Assembly: GCF_006345805.1 (NCBI RefSeq)
Contig: NC_042998.1
Coordinates: forward strand, 48,670,001 to 48,734,000
Source of the DNA: Octopus sinensis
Lineage: Eukaryota
Reading direction: 5' to 3'
Length of the DNA: 64,000 bases
The position numbers and the translations under genes are program-made. The notes beneath the pieces were generated by a model. The model was not told where the DNA came from, made no database searches, and saw nothing but the letters and a program-made list of their open reading frames with translations. Shown in pieces: positions 26,200 through 37,200 of this stretch (positions within the stretch are counted from its first letter, which is position 1; the number at the start of each line of letters is the position of its first letter).

Positions 26200-27160
26200 T
26201 AAGAAGTGAAGGAAAGCAACTGGAAGGCCCCGGGACCAAAAGGAGTTCAAGGCTGCTAGATCAAAAGATCTGGTGAATGTCATGCACGAATAGCTACGCA
26301 ACTCAACATCTTGTTAAATGCCGACCAAGGAACACCAGAGTGGTGGACATTGAAAAACATCGAAAAAGGCAGTACGGTAGACAATTACAGGCCGATATCC
26401 TGTTTGCCACTTATGTGGAAGTTATTGACTGGAATACTCGCAGTCAATGTATGAACATCTGGGGAAAAATGGAGTCCTGCCAAATGAGCAGAAGGGTCGC
26501 AAGCGTAAGTGCAGAGGTACCAAGGATCAACTCCTGATAGACAAAATTGTACTTAGAGACTGCAAAAAGAAGAAAAGTAACTTAACCATGTCATGGATCG
26601 ACTATCGTAAGGCGTACGATATGATCCCACATTCTTGGATTATGGAGTGTATGAACCTATTTGGTATTGCATTGAATGTTGAGCGATTGCTTGGAAAAAG
26701 TATGGCGAAGTGGAGGACGGACCTAACAGCATACGGAAGAAGTTTAGGGACAGTAGAAATTAGGAGGGGTATCTTCCAAGGGGACAGCCTGTCCCCACTG
26801 ATCTCTGTACTGTGCTTGATACCACTAACACTGATTCTGAGGAAAGCAAAAGCTGGGTATGTATTCAAAAGCCGCCAGCAAAAAGTCAACCATTTGTTAT
26901 ATATGGATGACTTCAAACTTTATGATAAAGATGAAGCCCAAATCAGTTCCCTCGTTGATACGGTGAATACCTTCAGTGCTGATATAGAATGGAGTTCGGA
27001 CTGAGTAAGTGTGGTGCGTTAGTCTTGAAGAAAGGCAAAATCAAATGTATGGACGAGCTAACGATACCGTCGGGGGAGGTTATGAAGCAGATAGAAGAGA
27101 CGGGCTATAAGTACTTGGGGATTTTGGAAATGGATAAATTGATGGAGAAAGAAATGACAA
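26200..27160 (+). mobile_element. R4/Dong-type (REL-endonuclease clade) LINE RT fragment
   Basis: [56 protein letters not shown]; starts beside an (AAT)n tract. Confidence 0.85.
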
Positions 27161-27169
27161 CCGGGGTCA

Positions 27170-27965
27170 GACACCTTCTTTGTCTTGGTTTGGGAGTGGG
27201 TGAGAGCGTGAGTGTGGTAGTGGCTGTAGGAGCCTTGAGCACTTGTTTATGATTTTACATTTGTGGTGATTATAATGTTGGCAGCAGTGGGACTTTAGTT
27301 TTCCTTGTTTCAGGGCAGGAAGCCTCCAAGTGATTTACAGATCTACGTGTGTGGCATCTTGGCTTTCTACTCTACACGAACACTGATAGGTGAGTACCAT
27401 CCGGGAGATCGACTAGATCGGACGGCTGATCGATATGGTCCTGCTTGCATTGCGAGGTCAGTTCCATACCTATACCTAACCAGTTTTGCCTGGGTAATTT
27501 CTTGACCTCCAATATTGTGACTTCGTCTTCTTCTAAACCTGCCAAGACGGCCGTCACTAGCCAGGTAATGGGTATTTCTGGCGGCTCATTCAGCATCTTA
27601 ACCTTGGCAAAGTGTTGGCCGTGATAGCTGGGGATTAAGAAAATGTTATCATTCCTCAAACTGGCTGCGGAATTACATTTAGCTTCTTCTTCCGTCCAGA
27701 ATCTCACCTCAATAGTTCCAAACTTCTTTTCTCGGGTGAAGTGGGTCTTTTGTTCCCACACGCGCCTAAGGCATTTTCCACTCGCCGATACTTGACTCCG
27801 ATGCAACGGTATGCTACCGTGCATCTTGCAATATTTTCTATCACCTCAGATGGAGGGTTTAGAGCTACCGTTCTCCCATCTCTCTTCACAATTTTTCTTG
27901 CCAATTTTAATTCTTCTTCGTCTATGTGGAAGCTTTCTTTATTTCCCACCGCTGATATTTGCATT
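27170..27965 (-). mobile_element. LINE ORF1 (gag-like) pseudogene with zinc knuckle
   Basis: Frameshifted ORFs 27704-27964 and 27372-27824 lead to VFV*SRKPRCHTRRSVNHLEASCP, a decayed CX2CX4HX4C. Confidence 0.7.
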
Positions 27966-28079
27966 TTTATGTTTCATTTCTTTCGTATTGTTGTTGCTGT
28001 TATGATTGTTGTTGCTGCTGCTGTTTGTTTGTTTTTTTTTTTGTTTGTTTGTTTTTTTTGTTTGTTTTTTTGTTGAGCG

Positions 28080-28430
28080 AAGCGGTCTTCGTCCCTTGGG
28101 AGAAGTCCGTAACGAGGTCTTTTGCTATTCGTAAGACCCGCAGAAGAGAAAGCAGGTCAACCCGGACACCGAGAGTATCGACGGATGGATGAATGCGTGT
28201 CCAGGCTCAGCGGTTGCGTAGGAAGTCGGGGACAAGAAACAGGAAGAAAGAGTGAGAGAAAGTTGGGGCGAAAGAGTACAACAGGGGTCGCCACCACCAC
28301 CCTGCTGGAGCCTCGTGGAGCTTTAGGTGTTTTCGCTCAATAAACACACACAACGCCCGATCTGGGAATCGAAACCGCGATCCTCCGACCGCGAGTCCGC
28401 TGCCCTAACCACTGGGCCATTGCGCCTCCA
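28080..28430 (-). mobile_element. SINE family C (tRNA-derived head)
   Basis: Head GGCGCAATGGCCCAGTGGTTAGG..GGTTTCGATTCCC with A and B boxes; body matches 33545-33905. Confidence 0.85.
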
Positions 28431-28843
28431 CTGTTGTTGCTGTTGTTATTGTTGTTGTTACTGTCACTGCTGCTGTTGTTGTTAGAGAAACATTTTTCGC
28501 CTCAGTGACATCATTAAGTTTAGGCCTTTCTATATTCATATTCTCAATTCTTTCCTCAATTTTTCCCGACAAGGAGCACGTTCCTTTGTCAAAAATTATG
28601 ATAGCTTCTTCATCAGTCATCTTTAAATGATTAAATAAAATTGCAAATGATTTATTTTTGCCGAAAGCAGTTAAAATTCAAAAATTATTGAAGTGCACCT
28701 CCTGAAAAACAGGAGGTGTTTCTACTCAAAAATACTATCTGTGCAATCCTGACAATCTATAGAATGGTAACAATAGAAATGGAAAGACACTTTTTTCAAC
28801 TTACGGAGCACCTAATTTCCGTTACTTCACAGTATGGCGGCCC

Positions 28844-28844
<1 letters not shown>

Positions 28845-28896
<52 letters not shown>

Positions 28897-29107
28897 GGGT
28901 TCAATAACCCCCCCAGTCTGAAAAAAACATCTGAGAAACTTAGAAATACTAGAGGTATTGCAGAAGTCGGCATTACTTGGAACTACATGCATATTGCGTA
29001 AAGTACTGTCTGTCTGAGCTCCTTGTGATTTGACAAACAGTACAAACCCCCGGTAGACACAATATCTTCAATCAACAACTTCATGATATTGTATACTGTG
29101 CGACATC

Positions 29108-29168
<61 letters not shown>

Positions 29169-29376
29169 TATTCAAACAAATTCATAACAAAAACACCAGG
29201 ACTTACAAACACATATAACATACAGAAAATTGCACTACTAGGCACTGCACACATCCTACGCAGAACACTTTCAATACAGTAACCATCAGAGCATCACAAC
29301 AAACCACAGCACATACCCAAGGCGCACAGAGCTGCGTTCAGTAGTGAAGTGAAAGCACGTTATAAAAATAAAACTA

Positions 29377-29430
<54 letters not shown>

Positions 29431-29554
29431 TAATATAATAATAATAATCACTTGTAAAGCACTTTCAATATAGTGAAAATCAGAGCATCACAAGCCACAA
29501 CACGTACACAATACTCACAGAGCTTTGCTCGGTACTACAATAGTAAAGTAGTAA

Positions 29555-29651
<97 letters not shown>

Positions 29652-29685
29652 TAATAATAATAATAATATAATAATAATAATGATA

Positions 29686-29725
<40 letters not shown>

Positions 29726-29830
29726 CGACGACGACGATGACGGCGGTGGTGGTGGTGGTGGTGGTGCTGGTGGTGGTGCTGGTGGTGGTACTGGTGCTGG
29801 TGCTGGTGATGATGATGATGAAAGTATTTT
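28845..29830 (+). mobile_element. Stack of R4/Dong-type LINE 3' ends separated by (AAT)n tracts
   Basis: LQKSALLGTTCILRKVLSV* (28958-29017), IQKIALLGTAHILRRTLSIQ* (29220-29282), third 3' UTR 29449-29548. Confidence 0.75.
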
Positions 29831-30231
29831 TCCGCCTTGACTTTTTCAGTTTTCAAAAAGTGTCTGTTCTGCTGGCTTGTCATACATTACAAGACATGCA
29901 GTTCGCTTTCTTACACGTTTGCATCTATCTTTATATTTTGAGTTTGACCTTTACGTTTTAAGAACAAATCCTATTCTATTGCTCTCTGCTCAAGTAATGT
30001 GTATGTATATATGTATGTGAGTGTATGTGTGTTTTGGGGTGTGAGTGTGTATGCGTGTACAACTATATACATGTACATATATATATATGTTTGTTTGTAT
30101 ATATATATATATATATACACAGAGACAGAGAGAGTTGGATTTTACAAAAAAAATAAATAAAACAAAAGATGAAGACGGGTGTGTAAACAACAAACAGATG
30201 TATTAGTTTAACGCTCGGGAAGTGATAAAGT

Positions 30232-30267
30232 CGTTTACATTTCGAGCCTACGCACTTCAACAGAAAG
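30232..30267 (-). ncRNA. Minimal type I hammerhead motif with A6U core change
   Basis: CTTT / CTGTTGA-A / GTGC gtag GCTC / GAAA-TG-T / A / AACG. Confidence 0.55.
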
Positions 30268-30399
30268 GAACACAGAAAGAAACAGAGAAAATAGAAACAT
30301 TATTATTTCCAAATCTCTCAAAGAGAGTAACAGTTCTTTAAAGTAAAGGCTATTTGCCAACATAATGTGGCTGTCCTTGAAGGTATGATTGTTACTGTT

Positions 30400-31130
30400 G
30401 TTTAGCTCCACATGGTGGGTCAGGGACGTGACAAATCGTATTTCTGAGACTCTGAAGTATGACTGGTGATTGCGGAAGCAACGTTTGAAAGATGCACTGC
30501 CTGATCCGATATATTTACAAACATGGGTGGGGTGCCTATATTCGCACTCTGGTATATCTCTGATAGGCTCCGGGCCTGGGCAGTCGATAAGGCCAATGAT
30601 CCGGCTGTGTTATCACCGTGGTTATCACTACTGGTCATATGGTTGGTGATGTAGCTGCCGGCGTTAGTGCGTTAGTTCTAGTCATCCCATCTGTGTCGAT
30701 GATAATTGTTTGGTCAACATCTGTGGTGGTGGTACTGGGAACGCCGGATACCTCCTCTGTACCGCTGGTTCAGGATTGCTCATCATCTCTAGATGCGGTA
30801 ATTGTACTGGTGGTAACATATGGTGAGGGGCTGGTCACTCTATCGATGTCTAATGAAGTTTTTTTCTAAATGTGTCCACTTCAAGCGCTACCTACTGGAA
30901 ATTAGATCTCCCCGATGGCTGGTTAGTCTTTTTCGGGTCTATAAGGCTTGTTTTATCCCCTGGTTCAGGGAAGACAACCCGTCCATAATAACGTTTTTAT
31001 CTCGATTTCTCAGCATTATCTCACGTCCGCAACCTAGAAAGTTTCACTTTTTGTCTTTGTATAGTGTCTGACGGGCTGTTCACAAGGCTTTGGCTTTATG
31101 GATACGAAACCTTTAGTAAATCAATGTCCA
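30400..31130 (-). pseudogene. Decayed Ser/Thr-rich coding-like segment, possibly the 5' ORF region of the adjacent PLE
   Basis: Non-microsatellite sequence with short broken ORFs directly downstream of a PLE terminal repeat; no diagnostic motif. Confidence 0.25.
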
Positions 31131-31219
31131 ACATTTAAATTTTTGTTTTGATATATATATATGAAAAATCGTTGAAATGCTCTGAGAATAGTTAATATAT
31201 TTTCTATTACTATATTTAA

Positions 31220-31262
31220 AGATTTAACCGGTTTCACAGTTTACACTGATTTTCAAAAATTT
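31220..31262 (-). ncRNA. Type I hammerhead motif with U3-A8 swapped core
   Basis: AAATTT / TTGAAAA / T-CAGT gtaa ACTG-T / GAAA-CCGG-T / T / AAATCT. Confidence 0.6.
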
Positions 31263-31289
31263 GAAATAGATAGACGTGGGATTGTGGTT

Positions 31290-31600
31290 TAGAGGTTTAC
31301 CACATGAAAAGATACAATAGTGGTACCATTGTTTATAGACTTTGGGAGGTAGTTTGACAGATCCAGATCGTCCCTTACAAGACTTGGTATATATTTTAAT
31401 ATAGATTTCAGTAATATATCTAAAAAGTTGCTGAGTCTATGTGTTTCACAGTTCGGGCCTACTACGATTGGTCTAAATTTAAGATCGCTGGGATATTGTA
31501 TGTTTATACAATTTGAAGGTAGTTCTTTACATGCATTCGTAATAGATTGATTTTTATGGATTTTGGGGAGACCTTAGAAGTAGCTAGTCTTGCAATCAAA
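31290..31600 (-). mobile_element. Penelope-like RT N-terminal motifs
   Basis: LKFRPIVVGPNCETHRLSNFLDILLKSILKYIPSLVRDDLDL..IVSFHVVNL*TTIP. Confidence 0.85.
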
Positions 31601-31654
31601 ATGGGTTAAACAGTCACATTCTTTGTTTTTTTAACCTTCAGTTGTCTCAAACCC

Positions 31655-31985
31655 TGAAACTCGTAATAAAAGACTCCAGTAACTATAACAAGCACTACTT
31701 AAAAGACAATATCCATTAAAATTAATCGACAACGGAATAGAACGTGCCAAAGCAATAAATATCCAAGAACTACGAGAAGCGATCCAGATAATCCAATAAT
31801 CTACCCTTTATTACAATACACAACCCAGGAAATACTGAGGTTTACAATATTATCCACCAGAACATCCCACTACGAAGACAAGACCCAAATGAAACAAGCA
31901 CCCGAAATACACACAATAATCAAAAGTTAAAGACAATCAAAGTCTCTCAAAAAAATCTTCACAAGTGCTAAATTACCTTACGAAA
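31655..31985 (+). mobile_element. Penelope-like RT thumb region, inverted relative to 31290-31600
   Basis: RNKRLQ*L*QALLKRQYPLKLIDNGIERAKAI, ITIHNPGN, IIKS*RQSKSLKKIFTSAK. Confidence 0.75.
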
Positions 31986-32365
31986 CTCCATTTTAGGCGC
32001 TAAATAACACACGGACGTAGCGGGAAACATACAGAAGGTTCTAAACTTAATCAAGTGTTCATTCTCTACAAATACTTGACAGAAAATTTTCAGATCATTT
32101 CTTGTTTGGTAGTTGCACTCGACTTGTTCAGTCAACCGTATCAGCCTTAACTTACGACGCTAAACATTGTCACCTGATACTAATACACGGACGTAGCAGG
32201 GAACCTACAAACATTTCTAAGACCAGTCATGTGACTATCCGCTACCAATCAAACCCTATTCAAAACATACTAATTTGAGTCATGAACTCCCAATAAAAAT
32301 AGAGCAACCTTCAAACACGAGTCAGAAGTAAGACAGCTGCGACATAAGCCACGTCTTTCTATTTC

Positions 32366-32410
32366 AAATTTTTTGAAAATCAGTGTAAACTGTGAAACCG
32401 GTTAAATTTT
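32366..32410 (+). ncRNA. Second U3-A8 hammerhead motif
   Basis: Same core, stem II and stem III as 31220-31262; one extra T in stem I. Confidence 0.6.
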
Positions 32411-32504
32411 TTAATATACTAATAAAAAATATATAAACTATTCCCAGTGCATTTTCAACTTCTATTTTTATTATATGTCTAACCATGTGGAATAGAATAA
32501 CTTT

Positions 32505-32515
32505 GTTATATATAT

Positions 32516-32571
<56 letters not shown>

Positions 32572-32595
32572 CATATATATATATATATATACATA

Positions 32596-32660
<65 letters not shown>

Positions 32661-32665
32661 CATAT

Positions 32666-32717
<52 letters not shown>

Positions 32718-32733
32718 TATATATATATATATA

Positions 32734-32771
<38 letters not shown>

Positions 32772-32790
32772 ATATATATATATATATAAA
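32505..32790. repeat. Long (TA)n microsatellite
   Basis: Direct reading. Confidence 0.95.
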
Positions 32791-33544
32791 TGTAAATATA
32801 TTTGTACGTATGTATGTACTAAGACCATTGAGACATGCTTGCAATCCAGAGTAGCGGCCTGACATAGTTAAGACGTAATGATAAGAGTGACCGCGGCAAT
32901 TTTATATCGAAGTATTGATATTGATTTCTTAGAACTCAATAACCATGTCTGCAAAATTCTTCACCCATGAAAAATATAGTGGATAGGTGGGTGGGGTTTG
33001 AGAAAATGTGTCACAGGGTCACTTCCATGAATATATCAGACAATAAATCTCAGTTGATCAATATATCAGACCAGCGTAGAATCGACACCTACTGGCGAAT
33101 ACCTTGACTCTTTGAATTCTACCAAAAATTGTACAAAATACCGTTTGTTCAATTATTTCAATAAATTCTTCAGAAATGTTTGCCTGTGGATATAATTGAT
33201 TCCCTCTTTCCATCGATGTTCACCATTGTTACGGTCTACAAGGACTTTGCTGTATTTCCGAGTATTGAATCTGATGTTGCAAAATAACATTCTTTATTGG
33301 ACAATGGACATCATGCAAAGCAATAAAATCATTCTTTGGGTGGTGTATAAAGCAGTCATTTGCATTTTATAAATTTACTGTTCCACGGATTACGTATAAG
33401 TATTGCGATACTTAAATTGCGCGTGCGCGTGTGGTTCTGTGCGTTCGTGTGTATATATGGGGAGGTGCATATGTGCGTGCGCGCGTGGGTGTGTGTATGT
33501 ATGTGTGTGTGTGTGCGTTTTCTCGTTCACCATATTCACTGCAG

Positions 33545-33905
33545 TGGAGGCGCGATGACCCAGTGGTAAGGGCAGGAAACTCGCGCTCTTAGGATCGCGG
33601 TTTCGATTCCCAGACCGGGCATTGTGAGTGTTTATTGAGCGAAAACGCCTAAAGCTCTACGAGGCTCCGGCAGAGGGTGGTGGTGAACCCTGCTGTACTC
33701 TTTCACCTCAACATTCTCTCACTCTTTCTTCCTGTTTCTGTTGTACATGTATTTCAAAGGGCCAGCCTTGTCACAATCTGTGTCACGCTAAGGGTACACG
33801 AGTCTCTGGAGTGCTCAGCCACGTCCACGTTAATTTCACGAGCAGGCTGTTCCGTTGCTCGAATCAACTGGAACACTCGTCATCGTAACCGACGGAGTGC
33901 CACAA
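33545..33905 (+). mobile_element. SINE family C
   Basis: tggaggcgcgatgacccagtggtaagggcagg..ggtttcgattcccagaccggg head, body ending accgacggagtgccac. Confidence 0.85.
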
Positions 33906-34339
33906 AAACAAAACAAGTATTCACGGCAAGAATTCGGAAAGTCGCAAACGTGACTTTAGAATTTTATTTTTCAGCCCGCTGGGAACCTTTTGTAATCCAC
34001 AGTCTCAGTTCTGATCGTAAATCACAGTATCCTTAGTTACCAATGCGGATTCGCGTATTTCTCTAAATATTTTAGTGGAAGCTTGTCTATCTGAAACTGA
34101 GGTGTCAAATATAAAGCGTTCGCAGGAGTGGAAGTGTTGATGCCGTATCTACATTAAGAGCAGCTGTTGCTGCAGTAATAGTTAAACAAGCCAATCAATC
34201 TTTTTATTCTCTACAGTTCTTTTCATTCTCTATGCCTCACTCAGCAATACACTTCATTTCTTTTTTAAAATAAGATGCAAATAATTTACAAAAATGAGAG
34301 AAATACAACTAGAAAGCGATACAAAACAATGATACGATA

Positions 34340-34555
34340 CGAGCGGGTGCTGAAAAATTCCTGGTTTTAAGGGTATCGCGAAAGTCCTGGTCGGAGGTCC
34401 AACCTTCCGAGTTCTTTTACAGGCCTTAGAAAAACTGAAGGACTGCTGCAATAAGAGTGTGAACTTGAGAGCGGAATATGCGGAATAAAATCATAATTAA
34501 CTGATCGTCCTGTATTTTCTCTTAACCAAAGCCAGGAAATTTTCAGCACCCCTCG
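34340..34555. mobile_element. Mariner-derived MITE, 216 bp, TA target duplication
   Basis: TIRs CGAG(C/G)GGGTGCTGAAAA(A/T)TTCCTGG with TA on both sides. Confidence 0.9.
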
Positions 34556-34717
34556 TACATGTTAAGAAGTTTCAGTCGACCGACGTCATAAAATCACAAG
34601 ATCTAATGCCCCTATGCACTTCTCAGTTACACTAAAATAAGTAAATCTAAATTTGTTATAAATGCTAACTCACCAGAAATGGGTTTTATTTTTACTGATT
34701 ACTATTTACGATTAGAC

Positions 34718-34904
34718 CAGTGCACCACAACCGGTATGCCACGGCACATTGGTGTGTCACGAGACGGTGCTAGGTGTGCTGCAGTGTAATCTAAATATAA
34801 TTTTTCCCCCTATACTTTTAGTTATATTTTTAGTCCAGGCGTGCCGCCGAATTTTGAAAAAGAGTATCAATGTACCGCAAGGTAAAAAAGGCTGCGGAAC
34901 ATTG
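34718..34904. mobile_element. hAT (Charlie-like) non-autonomous element
   Basis: CAGTG..caacc / ggctgcggaacattg ends; left part is the reverse complement of 49476-49535. Confidence 0.65.
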
Positions 34905-34933
34905 GCTTAAATCCATATATTCCATATATAATG

Positions 34934-35266
34934 CAGTAGTGCTTAACCAACTTTTTTTTACCAGAGGCACACCTAGGAGCAAATGAAAATATCGCGACAC
35001 ACTTGATATTTAAAATTAAGGATTATCATACAAATGAACAATTGTATGTGTTATTACGGCATAAAACTACTGATTGTGAAATAGCAGTTATGAACTTACT
35101 TTATGGTTGTATTCAACTAGGCATGCTGATTAACGGAATCCTGTGGCTGCTAATTTGTTGTTGTTGCTTCAACGTTTGGATGTATATGAGATAAGCACAC
35201 CTCCATTTTCATCAATGCAGTGGCACACCAGATGGAATTTCACAGCACACTGGTTGAGAACCACTG
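34934..35266. mobile_element. hAT (Charlie-like) non-autonomous element
   Basis: CAGTAGTGCTTAACC / GGTTGAGAACCACTG imperfect TIRs; internal gcacacc motifs. Confidence 0.6.
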
Positions 35267-36377
35267 CGATAGTGTATGTATGATGGCATGCAATATCATA
35301 TATGTAGCTGTTTTGAATATTATGATCTGTTTGAAAGTTCATTTATTTTGTAGCAACACTTGAACATTTGCATTATGACAGCTATATGCTGAATTACATG
35401 TATATGTAAATGCAAAAACATTTATTTAGAAATTCAAAAAAGCACTGGACCTATATATTGCTGCTGTGTTGATCTAGCCATATGAGGAATATGAAGGATT
35501 CCTCTAGTCCAAAGGATCCACAGTCCAAAGGATCCATAGTCCAAAGGTCAACTATTAACCAATATCCTGCATTCATTTTGCAAGCAAGGAGACCTCTGCA
35601 TTTCACATTAATGCCACAAATATTACGAAGCCAATAAAGAACAAAGAAGAGGCATTTATGCGCACTCATCACTTGCAGGAAATAGTAGCCAAATAATCCT
35701 CAATGATACTCGATCATCTTCAAATTGGTTATCCAAGATAAACATTTACGGGATTTAATATGGTAGGAGAGAAGACAAAGTGGTCACGGCTGGAATGCTG
35801 GTCAAAGCACTGATTTGCAATGAGCAAGAAGATCGTTCCTGGTACTTAAGGTTATTGTAGAACGATAGCTGAATTACAGCATCGCCTAACAGGATTGAAT
35901 ACTCGTAGAAAGGTAAGACTCTTAAAGAGTCTTCAAAATCATCATGTAAAACAGAATGCTGTTGTTATTCGCGCGGTCAGGAAACATCGGATATTCACGT
36001 TCGAATCTACCAAAACGTATTATCTGCATTCATCCCATGACTTGTTTAATTTTTGACAGTCATCTGTATGCCTCAGCAAATAGTTTGTTTGCCGATTCCT
36101 ATAAAAAAAGAGCTTGTCCTCTTCCGACACTCATCACTCCGAGATAGCTCCCACTGAAAAGACGTACAACGAGGTCGAAACATTGCGGTGTCTTAAAGTC
36201 CTCTTACACCGGTGAATCGCGTATGTTAAGAACACTCATGGCTTTAAGGGAGGAGAAGTCCTCCAATAACAAGTAATAACAACGACCAGATATTCACGTT
36301 CGAATCTACCAAAACGTAACTAGATTGAACAGATACATTAATATATCTTTATTTTTCGAAAACAACTTTAACAATTA

Positions 36378-36766
36378 CTAGCAGTATCGTCCAGCGTTGC
36401 TCGGGTTTGTTTCGACCCTTCGGAATTGGAATTTTTGAAAAGTAAAACTTTTGCATTATGTAGCTTGTTATTCTCTTTAAGTGAACATTTTTCTGGTTGA
36501 AATACACCGAAAAATGGCGACACAGCAGCTAAAAAATCGTAAAAAGTAGGGATTTTCATAGAAAAAAAAAGCACCTTTTTGACGTAATTAATTTTTGGTG
36601 TTAACATGGTCCGATTTGAATTTTTTGTTCTACGGAAGGAAGAGCAAGCCTTCTTTTATCATACTCTCAATTTTGGTCAATTTGCGCCGTCTCGGAGGAG
36701 ATAGTGTTAGTTGAAGGCTACCAAACTTGCCATACACAGACAACTTCAGCTTTATATAGAGAGAGA
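36378..36766 (-). mobile_element. Non-autonomous Helitron
   Basis: Minus strand A|TC start, CCGAGC-aac-GCTGG hairpin about 10 nt before CTAG|T end, no TSD. Confidence 0.75.
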
Positions 36767-36769
36767 TTT

Positions 36770-37200
36770 CACAAGATAAAACGTCTCAAAAAGTTTCTAC
36801 TTTATCAATTCTATCGGGCATCTGTTCCTTTCATTTCTCTGTTTTGAATTTATTACATTAAAACCCGTTCGCGGTGTGATGAAGTTCCAAGGAATTGAAA
36901 ACACGAATCTGTTTTGAAAACATTTCCACATTTAATGGCACTATTTTTTTAAAATTATAGGTCATTTGCTTCTATGCGTCTCGTAAAAGGTGGGGTATTT
37001 TTTATTATTTCATAGTTGTTTTTTATCAATGCTATTTCATCGAAAAGTTCATCTCTATTTAAGTTTGGCTTCTCTTTTAGTTTTAAACCTTTAAAGACGT
37101 CAACAAATGTTTCTTCTATTTGCTGGATAATAGTTTCTTTCTCTTTCTCCGCTAACCCTACATCCTTGACTTTTTCACCCAACAATTATTGTTTGTTTTT
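36770..37200 (-). mobile_element. hAT transposase C-terminal fragment
   Basis: LNRDELFDEIALIKN, then GFNVINSKQRNERNRCPIELIK*KL (ERxFS..W..ERNR pattern, decayed). Confidence 0.6.

Noticed and set aside
26447-27004. 185-aa ORF as a host gene
   Set aside because: It is a frameshifted non-LTR retrotransposon RT fragment
28355-28430. tRNA-like sequence with A and B boxes (also 33545, 47732, 51436 and SINE B heads)
   Set aside because: No closed acceptor stem and each continues into a SINE body; these are SINE heads, not tRNA genes
28600-28620. CTGATGA box on the minus strand
   Set aside because: No stem II or GAAA partner; better explained as codons of a short ORF
29515-29961. Poly-His, poly-Met and poly-Val ORFs
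   Set aside because: Translations of (GAT)n, (GGT)n and (AAT)n tracts
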